Positions 18,367 to 25,831 of a DNA stretch of 64,000 nt are shown here, piece after piece. The notes below the pieces were generated by a model. It was not told where the DNA came from. It made no database searches and saw only the letters and a list, made by a program, of their open reading frames with translations. The stretch's first letter is position 1, and each line of letters begins with the position of its first letter. Source of the DNA: Candidatus Nomurabacteria bacterium (GTDB lineage Bacteria > Patescibacteriota > Minisyncoccia > Phycocordibacterales > UBA5272); contig JAQBRF010000004.1 of the NCBI GenBank assembly GCA_028286645.1, positions 337,536 to 401,535 on the forward strand. Direction: 5' to 3'. The translations under genes and the position numbers were made by a program.

Positions 18367-19053
18367 ATGAAGCAAACAAAACCACAAATTCTCTTTGAAA
18401 ATAACCAGTTAGTCGTATTAGACAAGCCCTCTGGCATGGTAATCCATCCTTTTGATTTTTCTAATGAACCAACTGTTTTAGATTTTTTGCAGGAAAATTA
18501 TCTGGAGGTTTTTAACATTGAAAATAAGTTTACACTGCAAGATAAAAGAGAAATAAATCTGGGCGGCATCGTTCACAAGTTAGATAGAGACACATCTGGC
18601 ATATTAGTGGTGGCAAGGACCCAACATGCCTTTGATGAATTAAAAAAACAATTTAGAAACCATGAAATAAACAAGGAATATATCGCTCTAGTTAATGGGA
18701 TTTTGAAAGATGACCAGATTCTGATCGACGCCCCTCTTGGAAGGTCAAAGAAAGATTTCAAACAATCAACTCAACCAGAAAATTTAAGAGGAGAAATGCG
18801 AGAAGCGATCACCGTACTTGAAGTTATAAAAAGAAATGAGAATACTACTTTAGTAAAGCTTATCCCCCAAACCGGAAGAACTCATCAATTGCGCGCACAC
18901 ATGGCGTCAATCGGACACCCCATTGTAGGAGATAAGTCATACGGAAGTAAGATAGAGTCGGAAAGAATTATGCTTCATGCAGAAAAGATTTCGTTTGAAT
19001 TAAATAATCAAAAAAATAACTTCGAATCCCAACTGCCTCAGGACTTTAAATAA
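18367..19053 (+). CDS. RluA-family pseudouridine synthase
   Basis: HKLDRDTSGILVVARTQHAFDELKKQF contains the catalytic Asp motif of RluA/RsuA. Confidence 0.8.
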   Translation: MKQTKPQILFENNQLVVLDKPSGMVIHPFDFSNEPTVLDFLQENYLEVFNIENKFTLQDKREINLGGIVHKLDRDTSGILVVARTQHAFDELKKQFRNHEINKEYIALVNGILKDDQILIDAPLGRSKKDFKQSTQPENLRGEMREAITVLEVIKRNENTTLVKLIPQTGRTHQLRAHMASIGHPIVGDKSYGSKIESERIMLHAEKISFELNNQKNNFESQLPQDFK

Positions 19054-19083
19054 AAACGCGGAGGCCGAAGCCTCTCGCGTATT

Positions 19084-19500
19084 TCACACTTTCCTCGCGT
19101 CTTTCTCGATGGGGAACATTTCGAGAATTTTGGAGCGAAGAAAAAAGTACTGAAAAAAGTTCTGAAACCCCATCTCTCGGTAGGGTCTCTCTTCGGAGGG
19201 CGAATAGTTGCCTCCCCAGGCAACCAGCGTTTTATCGCGCATTCGGATATTTATACACTCCGCTTTTGAGACTCCTTGTCCGGCGCTGTTATGAAGAATC
19301 ACTAAATCGAGCTCGTGGTCTTCGGCTGTTATCGTTCTTACCGCCTGCGCAACTTCGGGAGTGTATCGTGCCAAATGGTCTACAACTCCCAAGTACTCCT
19401 CCGCCGTCACATCGAGAAAAATCCCTTTTTCCCGCATCGCTTCCACGAGAGGGGGAAGGTTATTACGACTACCAAGTAAAAGCGTTTTAACTCTGCGCAT
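19084..19500 (-). CDS. hypothetical protein, possible Rossmann-like (DprA/LOG-like) fold
   Basis: LLLGSRNNLPPLV and DLVILHNSAGQG loosely resemble SLOG-superfamily motifs. Moderately GC-rich. Confidence 0.35.
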   Translation of the reverse strand: MRRVKTLLLGSRNNLPPLVEAMREKGIFLDVTAEEYLGVVDHLARYTPEVAQAVRTITAEDHELDLVILHNSAGQGVSKAECINIRMRDKTLVAWGGNYSPSEERPYREMGFQNFFQYFFLRSKILEMFPIEKDARKV

Positions 19501-19570
19501 GTAATTTCCTCAATTTTTGAGCTTTCGCCCATTCACTTAAAACACTAAAGGAATTGACTCTTATAGTCAA

Positions 19571-20167
19571 CTACTTCTCTTTTCTTCTGCCGATTAAAAA
19601 ATAAAACACGGTACCGATTAATGCCCCTATTGTATCCATAAGCATATCCTTCTGAGCGTCCCAAATATCTCCTTGAGACCCTAGGACTGCAATTCCTGCG
19701 CCAGGATCCGAACTAACTGCATATTGCCATTCAAATATTTCATAAAATGCAGCCACCGCCGGAATAATCATAAAGCCTGCTAAATATGCGAACCATTTTT
19801 TATTTACCCATCTGTACTTAATGGCAGATTCAATAATAGGATACGCATAAAACCCCACCGTTGCATGAGCTACCCTGTCATACATATTTCTTTCGAAACC
19901 GAAAAAATTATCAAACCAATCAAATGGAACAGCGGCAAAAGTATAATGCCCCCCAATGGTGTGCATAAATATAAGGATACTCATTAATAAATATGCAATA
20001 TTTGAAAATCTTATTTTTGCAATATATAAACCTATGATAACCGCAACAATTAGAAGAACTGTTAAATTCTCCACCCACCAAGTATGCCTATCTATCGGAT
20101 GAATCCCCAAGGCGACAAATTCTACTGCATAAATTAGCAAAAGAAGATGCGGGAAATATTTTTTCAT
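19571..20167 (-). CDS. polytopic membrane protein, paralog A
   Basis: About 45-50% identical to ORF 21442-22071, for example YFPHLLLLIY, FDWFDNFFGF and KKWFA. Confidence 0.6.
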   Translation of the reverse strand: MKKYFPHLLLLIYAVEFVALGIHPIDRHTWWVENLTVLLIVAVIIGLYIAKIRFSNIAYLLMSILIFMHTIGGHYTFAAVPFDWFDNFFGFERNMYDRVAHATVGFYAYPIIESAIKYRWVNKKWFAYLAGFMIIPAVAAFYEIFEWQYAVSSDPGAGIAVLGSQGDIWDAQKDMLMDTIGALIGTVFYFLIGRRKEK

Positions 20168-20218
20168 TGGGATAAGTGTAGCATAAAAGAAAATGCCGGG
20201 ATTTCTCCCGGCGGTAAT

Positions 20219-20692
20219 TCAAGCCGCATCGCCGCATTGGGCTTTGGCAGCTTCCACTGTTCGCTGAAATTCTTCGCGACTCATGTCATCGCCAACAAGC
20301 CCTGGAGCCCACTCGAACGGCTTAGGGTCAGCCGCTAGGACCGCGTTGAATTCTTCCCTGGTCAGTATCTGGTTGGGAATACTTTCTGACCGTTCGAGTT
20401 CGTTTACCGCTGGATACGCGATGCTGAGCTCGTGGTTCAGAAAAAAATGCATCGAGCTCACCCGTGCCTTTCTCAGCGTCATGAGTTTCCATACATCGGT
20501 GATAAGCTCGAGATCCGGAGTAAGCACTACGTTTCTCGTCCCTTTGAATAAGGCGGGGAAAGTCCCCATGAGCCCATGCTCGAGCTCCAGGAAGTAGACC
20601 ACCGTAGGCACGAACCCTGCCACTTTGCCGTCCTGCAATTCTTTCAGTGTTGCTGGAACTTTACTTCTGAGATCATCGTTTCGTATGCCCAT
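20219..20692 (-). CDS. GC-rich hypothetical protein
   Basis: GGAGGAAAA RBS before the ATG (MGIRNDDL). The ORF-track start at 20767 lies upstream of the RBS. Confidence 0.5.
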   Translation of the reverse strand: MGIRNDDLRSKVPATLKELQDGKVAGFVPTVVYFLELEHGLMGTFPALFKGTRNVVLTPDLELITDVWKLMTLRKARVSSMHFFLNHELSIAYPAVNELERSESIPNQILTREEFNAVLAADPKPFEWAPGLVGDDMSREEFQRTVEAAKAQCGDAA

Positions 20693-20848
20693 TTTTCCTC
20701 CGCACGTAACGTCTCGGGAGATATCCTGAGACCGTTTGATGCGGACGAATCTGCTCCATCTAACCATTTTAAGTATTTTTAGTCAATCTATTGATATGGG
20801 TGATACTCCGACAAATCTTTTCACTCAATTAAAAATAGATTTTTAATT

Positions 20849-21237
20849 TGTGCCCAGGGTAACATGAGAATTAGAGACTCGGCTACAAGTTCCTCCTCGC
20901 CGCCTCTCGTCGGACTCGCAGCCCGCGGCTCGCGATTTCTAGTGCTTTAGAAATAACGCTCCGCCCTTCGAGTCCCGACGCATAACACGCAGGTGTTATG
21001 CTCCCTGGGCACCAATTAAAAATCCGCTAAGGCGGTATTTTTAATTGGTGCCCAAGGCGAGACTCGGTCACAAAACTTCTCGTCGTAAACTCCTCGATAA
21101 AGTTTCGCAAAGTCGACTTATAATTAGTCGACACCTGTAGACGGCCCATTCGAGTCTCCGCAAGCCAAGCAGTTGGCTTGCTTACTACTGACACTGTGAA
21201 GTAAAAAACAGGAATTCTTTTCCTGTTTTTTACTTCA
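20849..21237 (-). mobile_element. array of miniature elements (family E + family F) with reiterated tRNA-Leu(TAA) 3'-end fragments
   Basis: tRNA 3'-like fragments 'ccgagtct...cctgggcac' at 20849-20881 and 21047-21066. Family E body 20882-20998 (gggcggagcgttat core). Long palindrome 21008-21050. Family F body 21067-21194. Hairpin 21195-21237. Confidence 0.6.
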
Positions 21238-21238
21238 T

Positions 21239-21320
21239 GTGCCCAGGGCGAGACTCGAACTCGCACGCGCTACGCGCTGAGGATTTTAAGTCCTCTATGT
21301 CTACCATTCCATCACCCGGG
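21239..21320 (-). tRNA. tRNA-Leu (anticodon TAA)
   Basis: Revcomp GCCCGGGTGATGGAATGGTAGACATAGAGGACTTAAAATCCTC... with a long variable arm. Anticodon loop CUUAAAA. Confidence 0.85.
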
Positions 21321-21325
21321 CAGGT

Positions 21326-21480
21326 TAATGTAAAACTATTCTAGCACATTCACATTAGTATGTTCAGTACGTCTTCACTTGCGTTCAGTTGCACATTCGC
21401 GCTGCTGCGCTCAGTATTTACTCTATCGCGTCCTTCGCTTGTTAGCTACGGACATCTTCGCAGCCAAGCTGCTCCAACAT
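21326..21480. repeat. right copy of long-range inverted repeat (inverted relative to 7021-7242)
   Basis: The revcomp contains agcagcttggctgcgaagat...agctaac...tactgagc...gcgaatgtg...tactgaacatactaatgtgaatgtgc. Confidence 0.7.
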
Positions 21481-22071
21481 ATTTTTCCTATAAACTGACA
21501 AATAAATAATAACACCTAAAATTCCTCCTAGGAAATCCATTAACATATCTTTTGGCGTATCCCAGAAGTCCCCTTGTGAACCCATAAACCCAGCACTAGC
21601 TACTGGGTCAACATTTATTGCGTTAATCCATTCATATATTTCATAAAATGCAGCGATGGCTGTTATAAACATGACGGCAGTAAAACAAGCAAACCACTTT
21701 TTATTTACCGCCTTAAATCTAATTAATACTTCTGTCATTGGATATGCAAGCAGTCCGATTAAAAAGTGTCCCACTCGATCATAGTTATTTCTATGGAAAC
21801 CAAATAAATTATTAAACCAATTAAAGGGCACATTTTCAAACATATAGTGTGCTCCCACTTGGTGCATGTAAAAAAGCCCGAAAATTATTAAATACGAAAT
21901 GTTTGAAAGACGAACATTTTTGATATAAAAAATAATAACAACAAGCACTAGAGGCAGCACGACTGAATTTTCTATAAACCAGACCTCTCTATTTGTAGGA
22001 TTAATCGCAAGCAAAATAAACTCGATTATATATATTAAAAGTAACAGATGGGGAAAGTATTTTTTAAACAT
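21442..22071 (-). CDS. polytopic membrane protein, paralog B
   Basis: Paralog of 19571-20167. Its C-terminal codons lie inside the inverted-repeat copy. Confidence 0.6.
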   Translation of the reverse strand: MFKKYFPHLLLLIYIIEFILLAINPTNREVWFIENSVVLPLVLVVIIFYIKNVRLSNISYLIIFGLFYMHQVGAHYMFENVPFNWFNNLFGFHRNNYDRVGHFLIGLLAYPMTEVLIRFKAVNKKWFACFTAVMFITAIAAFYEIYEWINAINVDPVASAGFMGSQGDFWDTPKDMLMDFLGGILGVIIYLSVYRKNMLEQLGCEDVRS

Positions 22072-22081
22072 ATTATTTATA

Positions 22082-22492
22082 TTAGATAGTAACTACCTCT
22101 ACCTTATGTTTCTCTAATCCAAGATTTGGTTTGTCTATATTTTTGATTATTATTTCAAACAAATATCTTTTGCTTTCGTCTTTACATACTATTTTCGGGC
22201 CAGCAAAATTATCTGCATAAGAACATAATTCATTTTTATCCTTATCAAAGAGGATGTGATGAAATGAATAATCAGACGCACCACCCGAACGTTTTATAAA
22301 GATAAGTGAATCATCAATTATGTAAATTTGTGGATCTGTAAATATATCATCTTTAATCTCTTTAGTAATAGCGGTTAGCGGAAAGCCTTTCTTGTCCCAT
22401 TTAGAATATTTTGAAGAAGCCAATATAACATAGATTAATCCTATCAAGACAATAATTATTAAAGTTGCTAATATAATTAACTTATATTTCAT
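22082..22492 (-). CDS. hypothetical membrane-anchored protein
   Basis: 136 aa with an N-terminal TM helix. Confidence 0.45.
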   Translation of the reverse strand: MKYKLIILATLIIIVLIGLIYVILASSKYSKWDKKGFPLTAITKEIKDDIFTDPQIYIIDDSLIFIKRSGGASDYSFHHILFDKDKNELCSYADNFAGPKIVCKDESKRYLFEIIIKNIDKPNLGLEKHKVEVVTI

Positions 22493-22494
22493 TG

Positions 22495-22567
22495 TGCCCC
22501 CAGAAGGGATCGAACCTTCGACCTGCGGATTAAGAGTCCGATGCTCTACCAGCTGAGCTATAGGGGC
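22495..22567 (-). tRNA. tRNA-Lys (anticodon CTT)
   Basis: Revcomp GCCCCTATAGCTCAGCTGGTAGAGCATCGGACTCTTAATCCGCAGGTCGAAGGTTCGATCCCTTCTGGGGGCA. Anticodon loop CUCUUAA. Confidence 0.85.
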
Positions 22568-22778
22568 ATTGAATGCAAAATACTATACCATGAGTTTGCA
22601 AAATTTTCTAGAGAGTTTATATGAAATATGTTAGAATTAAAAAACTTTTAAAGTAAAAGTATCCGGGCGTGGTGCCCCCATAAGCACTAGCGAAATTAAA
22701 GTATTGCATTGCGATTAAACCGCGGCGCAGATAAGTTAAGAAACGCTGTTAAGCAAATTAATTTAAAATGACCCCTAA

Positions 22779-22852
22779 GGTGCAGTGGCGAAGTGGCCTA
22801 ACGCTGCGGTTTGCAAAACCGCCATTCGCGGGTTCGACTCCCGCCTGCACCT
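22779..22852 (+). tRNA. tRNA-Cys (anticodon GCA)
   Basis: GGTGCAG acceptor pairs with CTGCACC. Anticodon stem-loop GCGGT-TTGCAAA-ACCGC. Discriminator U73, as typical for tRNA-Cys. Confidence 0.85.
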
Positions 22853-23030
22853 CTAAATTACAAAGTAATTTGCAGGAGAAAGCAAACTGCTTTGCTTTCG
22901 GGAGTCGAAAGGCGGAGCGTTATTTATTCTGCTGAATAAATAACGTTCCGCGGCCAGCGAAAAAGTTTTCTGTCGAGAAGACTTTATTTGTCGGAGACAT
23001 TCCCGCCCATACCTCTAAATTCTAATATCC
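22853..23030 (+). mobile_element. family E miniature element + diverged duplicate of tRNA-Cys 3' end
   Basis: Body holds 'tcgaaaggcggagcgttatttattc' and a 16-bp hairpin. 'cattcccgcccatacctctaaatt' at 22999-23030 mirrors tRNA-Cys 3' 'actcccgcctgcacctctaaatt'. Confidence 0.6.
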
Positions 23031-23043
23031 AATTTATTCCCCA

Positions 23044-23072
23044 TTGACAAGATGGGAAATCTAGTATATAAT
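23044..23072 (+). promoter_or_regulatory. consensus sigma70 promoter
   Basis: TTGACA, 17-nt spacer, TATAAT. Confidence 0.65.
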
Positions 23073-23113
23073 AATACGTAAAGCTACATCCACATTCCCC
23101 TACAGAGGGTACG

Positions 23114-23557
23114 ATGAACAAACTGTTCGCAAGTATCGTAATTACATTCTGCCTGGCAGCCTGCCAGAGCATCCCACAAACCACCACCCCGGCACAAAAA
23201 ACCGTGCCGACCATGATCACCACAACCAAAGTCCTGGACCTTCTGGACAAGGACGAGGTGGTGATAGTCGACGTACGGCCGAAGCAAGACCGGAAAACCT
23301 TTCCGTCCGCCTACGGGATTCACTATCTTCAATTCGGTCCGACTCAATGGACCGGAAAGATATCCGGAAGGGATGAGGAAAACTTCCTTCGCGCAATCTA
23401 CCCCATCTACGCGGAGGCGGAGGAGGCGGGGAAAATGATCGTCTTGATGTGCGACGAAGGTGTGCGAGCGCGTGTCGCTGCACAGCTGCTTCACAATCAG
23501 GACATGGACGTGTTCTACGCGTCCGATGCCAACATGATTACGCTCATGTACCGCTAA
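23114..23557 (+). CDS. rhodanese-domain lipoprotein (GC-rich)
   Basis: Signal peptide with lipobox LAAC. Rhodanese active-site loop LMCDEGVRARVAA (CxxGxR). Confidence 0.6.
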   Translation: MNKLFASIVITFCLAACQSIPQTTTPAQKTVPTMITTTKVLDLLDKDEVVIVDVRPKQDRKTFPSAYGIHYLQFGPTQWTGKISGRDEENFLRAIYPIYAEAEEAGKMIVLMCDEGVRARVAAQLLHNQDMDVFYASDANMITLMYR

Positions 23558-23587
23558 AAAGCGATCATGAGAATACAAAGGGCCATG

Positions 23588-23624
23588 CTTAACGCGTGGC
23601 CCGGTTTTTTTTATTTTAAAAAAT
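23588..23624 (+). terminator. rho-independent terminator
   Basis: GGGCCA...TGGCCC followed by GGTTTTTTTTATTTT. Confidence 0.7.
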
Positions 23625-23704
23625 GATAAGTCAATTGCGTTTTATTTTTCAATGTGACAGTATTGTGGGGACCGCTCTATCACAATTCTTTTCGGGAGAC
23701 TACA

Positions 23705-24781
23705 ATGTCTTTTCGCAAACCCACTAAAGCTCAGATGTCCCTACTTAGCGCTACAGTAGGATTCTCTTCGTATCTCATTCCTGCGTACCTAAGTTTCAGT
23801 GGTCCATATAAATGGTGGATGATGTTAGCAGTCTTTTTCAGCTGCTGCGTCTACTATTTCATAGACCTACCATATCCCATAGAAGTGCGCTATTTCAACA
23901 AACCGGTGGGAAATTATTACGATGAGGGTTTTGTTCTGTTCTTTACAATTCCTTTTATTGACTTCCTCTTACGGTTATCCTATCCATATGGAATATGGAT
24001 AGATAGACCAAAAGGAAAAGAGAGGCCAGAAGATATCTACAGAAGGGAGGCTCGAGTTCGAATTAACAAGGACGATTCGAACGTGCGTATCCTCGCACCA
24101 ATCAGAAACTTTACAAAGAGGGATGCGCTCGTAATTAGCATCATAAGGTATTTTTGGGAGCTTTTGTTCACCGGGCCGGAAATATATAAATTCAAAAGGG
24201 TTGGCCGACTCCTACTTTTACTTAGCTTCCTCGGCGGCTTTGGAGCCACTAAGTTCGCCTCAGAACCAGTAGCCGCTCCTCTCCCGCTTCCGAATCCTAC
24301 GAATAATTCTTCTTCCCCGGAGGTGCCTCCGCTACTAGATGTCCAATTTTCCACCACTTCGTCGGAAGTGGTGGAACTAAACGCGCCACTCGCAAGCGAG
24401 CCACCAAACGCCTTGACGGAAACTCAACCGGTAACTCAAGGTATACCCGCAATTCCACAGTCCGCTGCGCCCTCTCTCGGGCCTCAACTCGCGCAAATCG
24501 ATTACTCCCCAAGTGACGAGATACGTGTGTGGAATGAAAATGAATGCGCTCGCATTCCTCCAGACACAGTGTTCGCGTTCAAAATGAACACATGGCCTAA
24601 GCGAGCTGCCAACATGCGTCAAGCATTGAGCTACGCCGACATTCGCAATGGTCAAGGCGGAGAGCCCTCCTACAATACCATCCCCTGGCAAGATGTCGGG
24701 TCATACTGGAACGCCATCGACCCAAATTATCCTCTGCGCTGGGAATCCTACCCTGGTCGCGTGGGGTATGTCTGCTTTTAG
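23705..24781 (+). CDS. hypothetical polytopic membrane protein with Pro/Ser-rich linker and C-terminal domain
   Basis: GGGAGA RBS before MSFRKPTKAQ. Several TM helices. Moderately GC-rich. Confidence 0.5.
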   Translation: MSFRKPTKAQMSLLSATVGFSSYLIPAYLSFSGPYKWWMMLAVFFSCCVYYFIDLPYPIEVRYFNKPVGNYYDEGFVLFFTIPFIDFLLRLSYPYGIWIDRPKGKERPEDIYRREARVRINKDDSNVRILAPIRNFTKRDALVISIIRYFWELLFTGPEIYKFKRVGRLLLLLSFLGGFGATKFASEPVAAPLPLPNPTNNSSSPEVPPLLDVQFSTTSSEVVELNAPLASEPPNALTETQPVTQGIPAIPQSAAPSLGPQLAQIDYSPSDEIRVWNENECARIPPDTVFAFKMNTWPKRAANMRQALSYADIRNGQGGEPSYNTIPWQDVGSYWNAIDPNYPLRWESYPGRVGYVCF

Positions 24782-24787
24782 AAACAT

Positions 24788-24818
24788 CCACAGGTGCAAT
24801 GCCTGTGGCTTTTTTTTA
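24788..24818 (+). terminator. rho-independent terminator
   Basis: CCACAGGtgcaatgCCTGTGG followed by CTTTTTTTT. Confidence 0.7.
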
Positions 24819-24843
24819 AAATAGTCATATATACTTTATTTTA

Positions 24844-25740
24844 ATGGATCAACATATCACCGTCATTCCTCATGAAAAGTTTTCTGAGCACCCTCTTTTA
24901 TCTCGGCTCTTAGAATTACATGATGTACCAGAAGTAATTTATGTAAAAGGAAATCTTCCTGAAATAACAATAGATGAATATGGACGAGCAACTCCTAGAA
25001 TATTAACTGTAGTTGGATCAAGAAGTTACACAGAATATGGAAGGAGCGCATTAAATAATTTAATTTCATCATTAAGCGGGGAAGATGTGATTATCCTTTC
25101 AGGACTTGCTCTTGGTATAGATGGCCTGGCTCACTCTGCAGCACTTAAAAATAATATTAAAACTATTGGCGTGCCCGGAAGTGGAATTGATTTGAAAGTT
25201 ATACATCCACGGACCAATTTGCAAATCGCAGAAGAAATACTTAATAAAGGAGGCACACTTCTATCAGAATTTGATCCTTTAATGCGACCAGCCAAGTGGA
25301 CATTTATTATGAGAAACAGAATTATGGCCGCATTATCTGATGCAGTCCTATTAATAGAAGCGGGCGAAAAGTCTGGGACTCTTGTAACAGCGCGCATGGC
25401 ACTGGAATTAGGACGAGATATTGGAGCAATTCCTGGAGAGATATTTTCTCCTACATCAATAGGCACAAATGACCTTATAAAAAATGGGGCTTATTTAATA
25501 TCAACACCTGACGACTTATTTTCTTTGCTTCATATGTCGAAAAAGCAAGATAGTAATCACCAAATTAATCTAACCCAAGAAGAGAAAATAATTATGGATA
25601 TATTAAATGAGCCATCAGAAAAAGACGCTTTATTAATTAAAAGCAATATGTCTCCTGATAAATTTTTAATAACATTATCCTCGCTTGAAATTAAAGGAGT
25701 AATTGAAGAAACATTTGGAGAAGTAAGAAGGATAAACTAG
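24844..25740 (+). CDS. dprA: DNA processing protein DprA (Smf)
   Basis: LTVVGSRSYTEYGRSAL and LSGLALGIDGLAHSAAL Rossmann motifs. Conserved dprA-topA synteny. Confidence 0.8.
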   Translation: MDQHITVIPHEKFSEHPLLSRLLELHDVPEVIYVKGNLPEITIDEYGRATPRILTVVGSRSYTEYGRSALNNLISSLSGEDVIILSGLALGIDGLAHSAALKNNIKTIGVPGSGIDLKVIHPRTNLQIAEEILNKGGTLLSEFDPLMRPAKWTFIMRNRIMAALSDAVLLIEAGEKSGTLVTARMALELGRDIGAIPGEIFSPTSIGTNDLIKNGAYLISTPDDLFSLLHMSKKQDSNHQINLTQEEKIIMDILNEPSEKDALLIKSNMSPDKFLITLSSLEIKGVIEETFGEVRRIN

Positions 25741-25831
25741 ATATTAGATTGCAGATTGAATTCCGAATTCTATAAAATTTGCTTTTTGTCTTTATCTATA
25801 GTCTAATGTCTAACATCTATCAACTAATTAT

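Noticed and set aside
23084-23578. Minus-strand ORFs 22984-23250, 23084-23578 and 23217-23483 opposite the rhodanese lipoprotein
   Set aside because: The plus strand has a consensus promoter, signal peptide and lipobox, a rhodanese CxxGxR loop and a terminator. The minus frames are Arg/His-rich.
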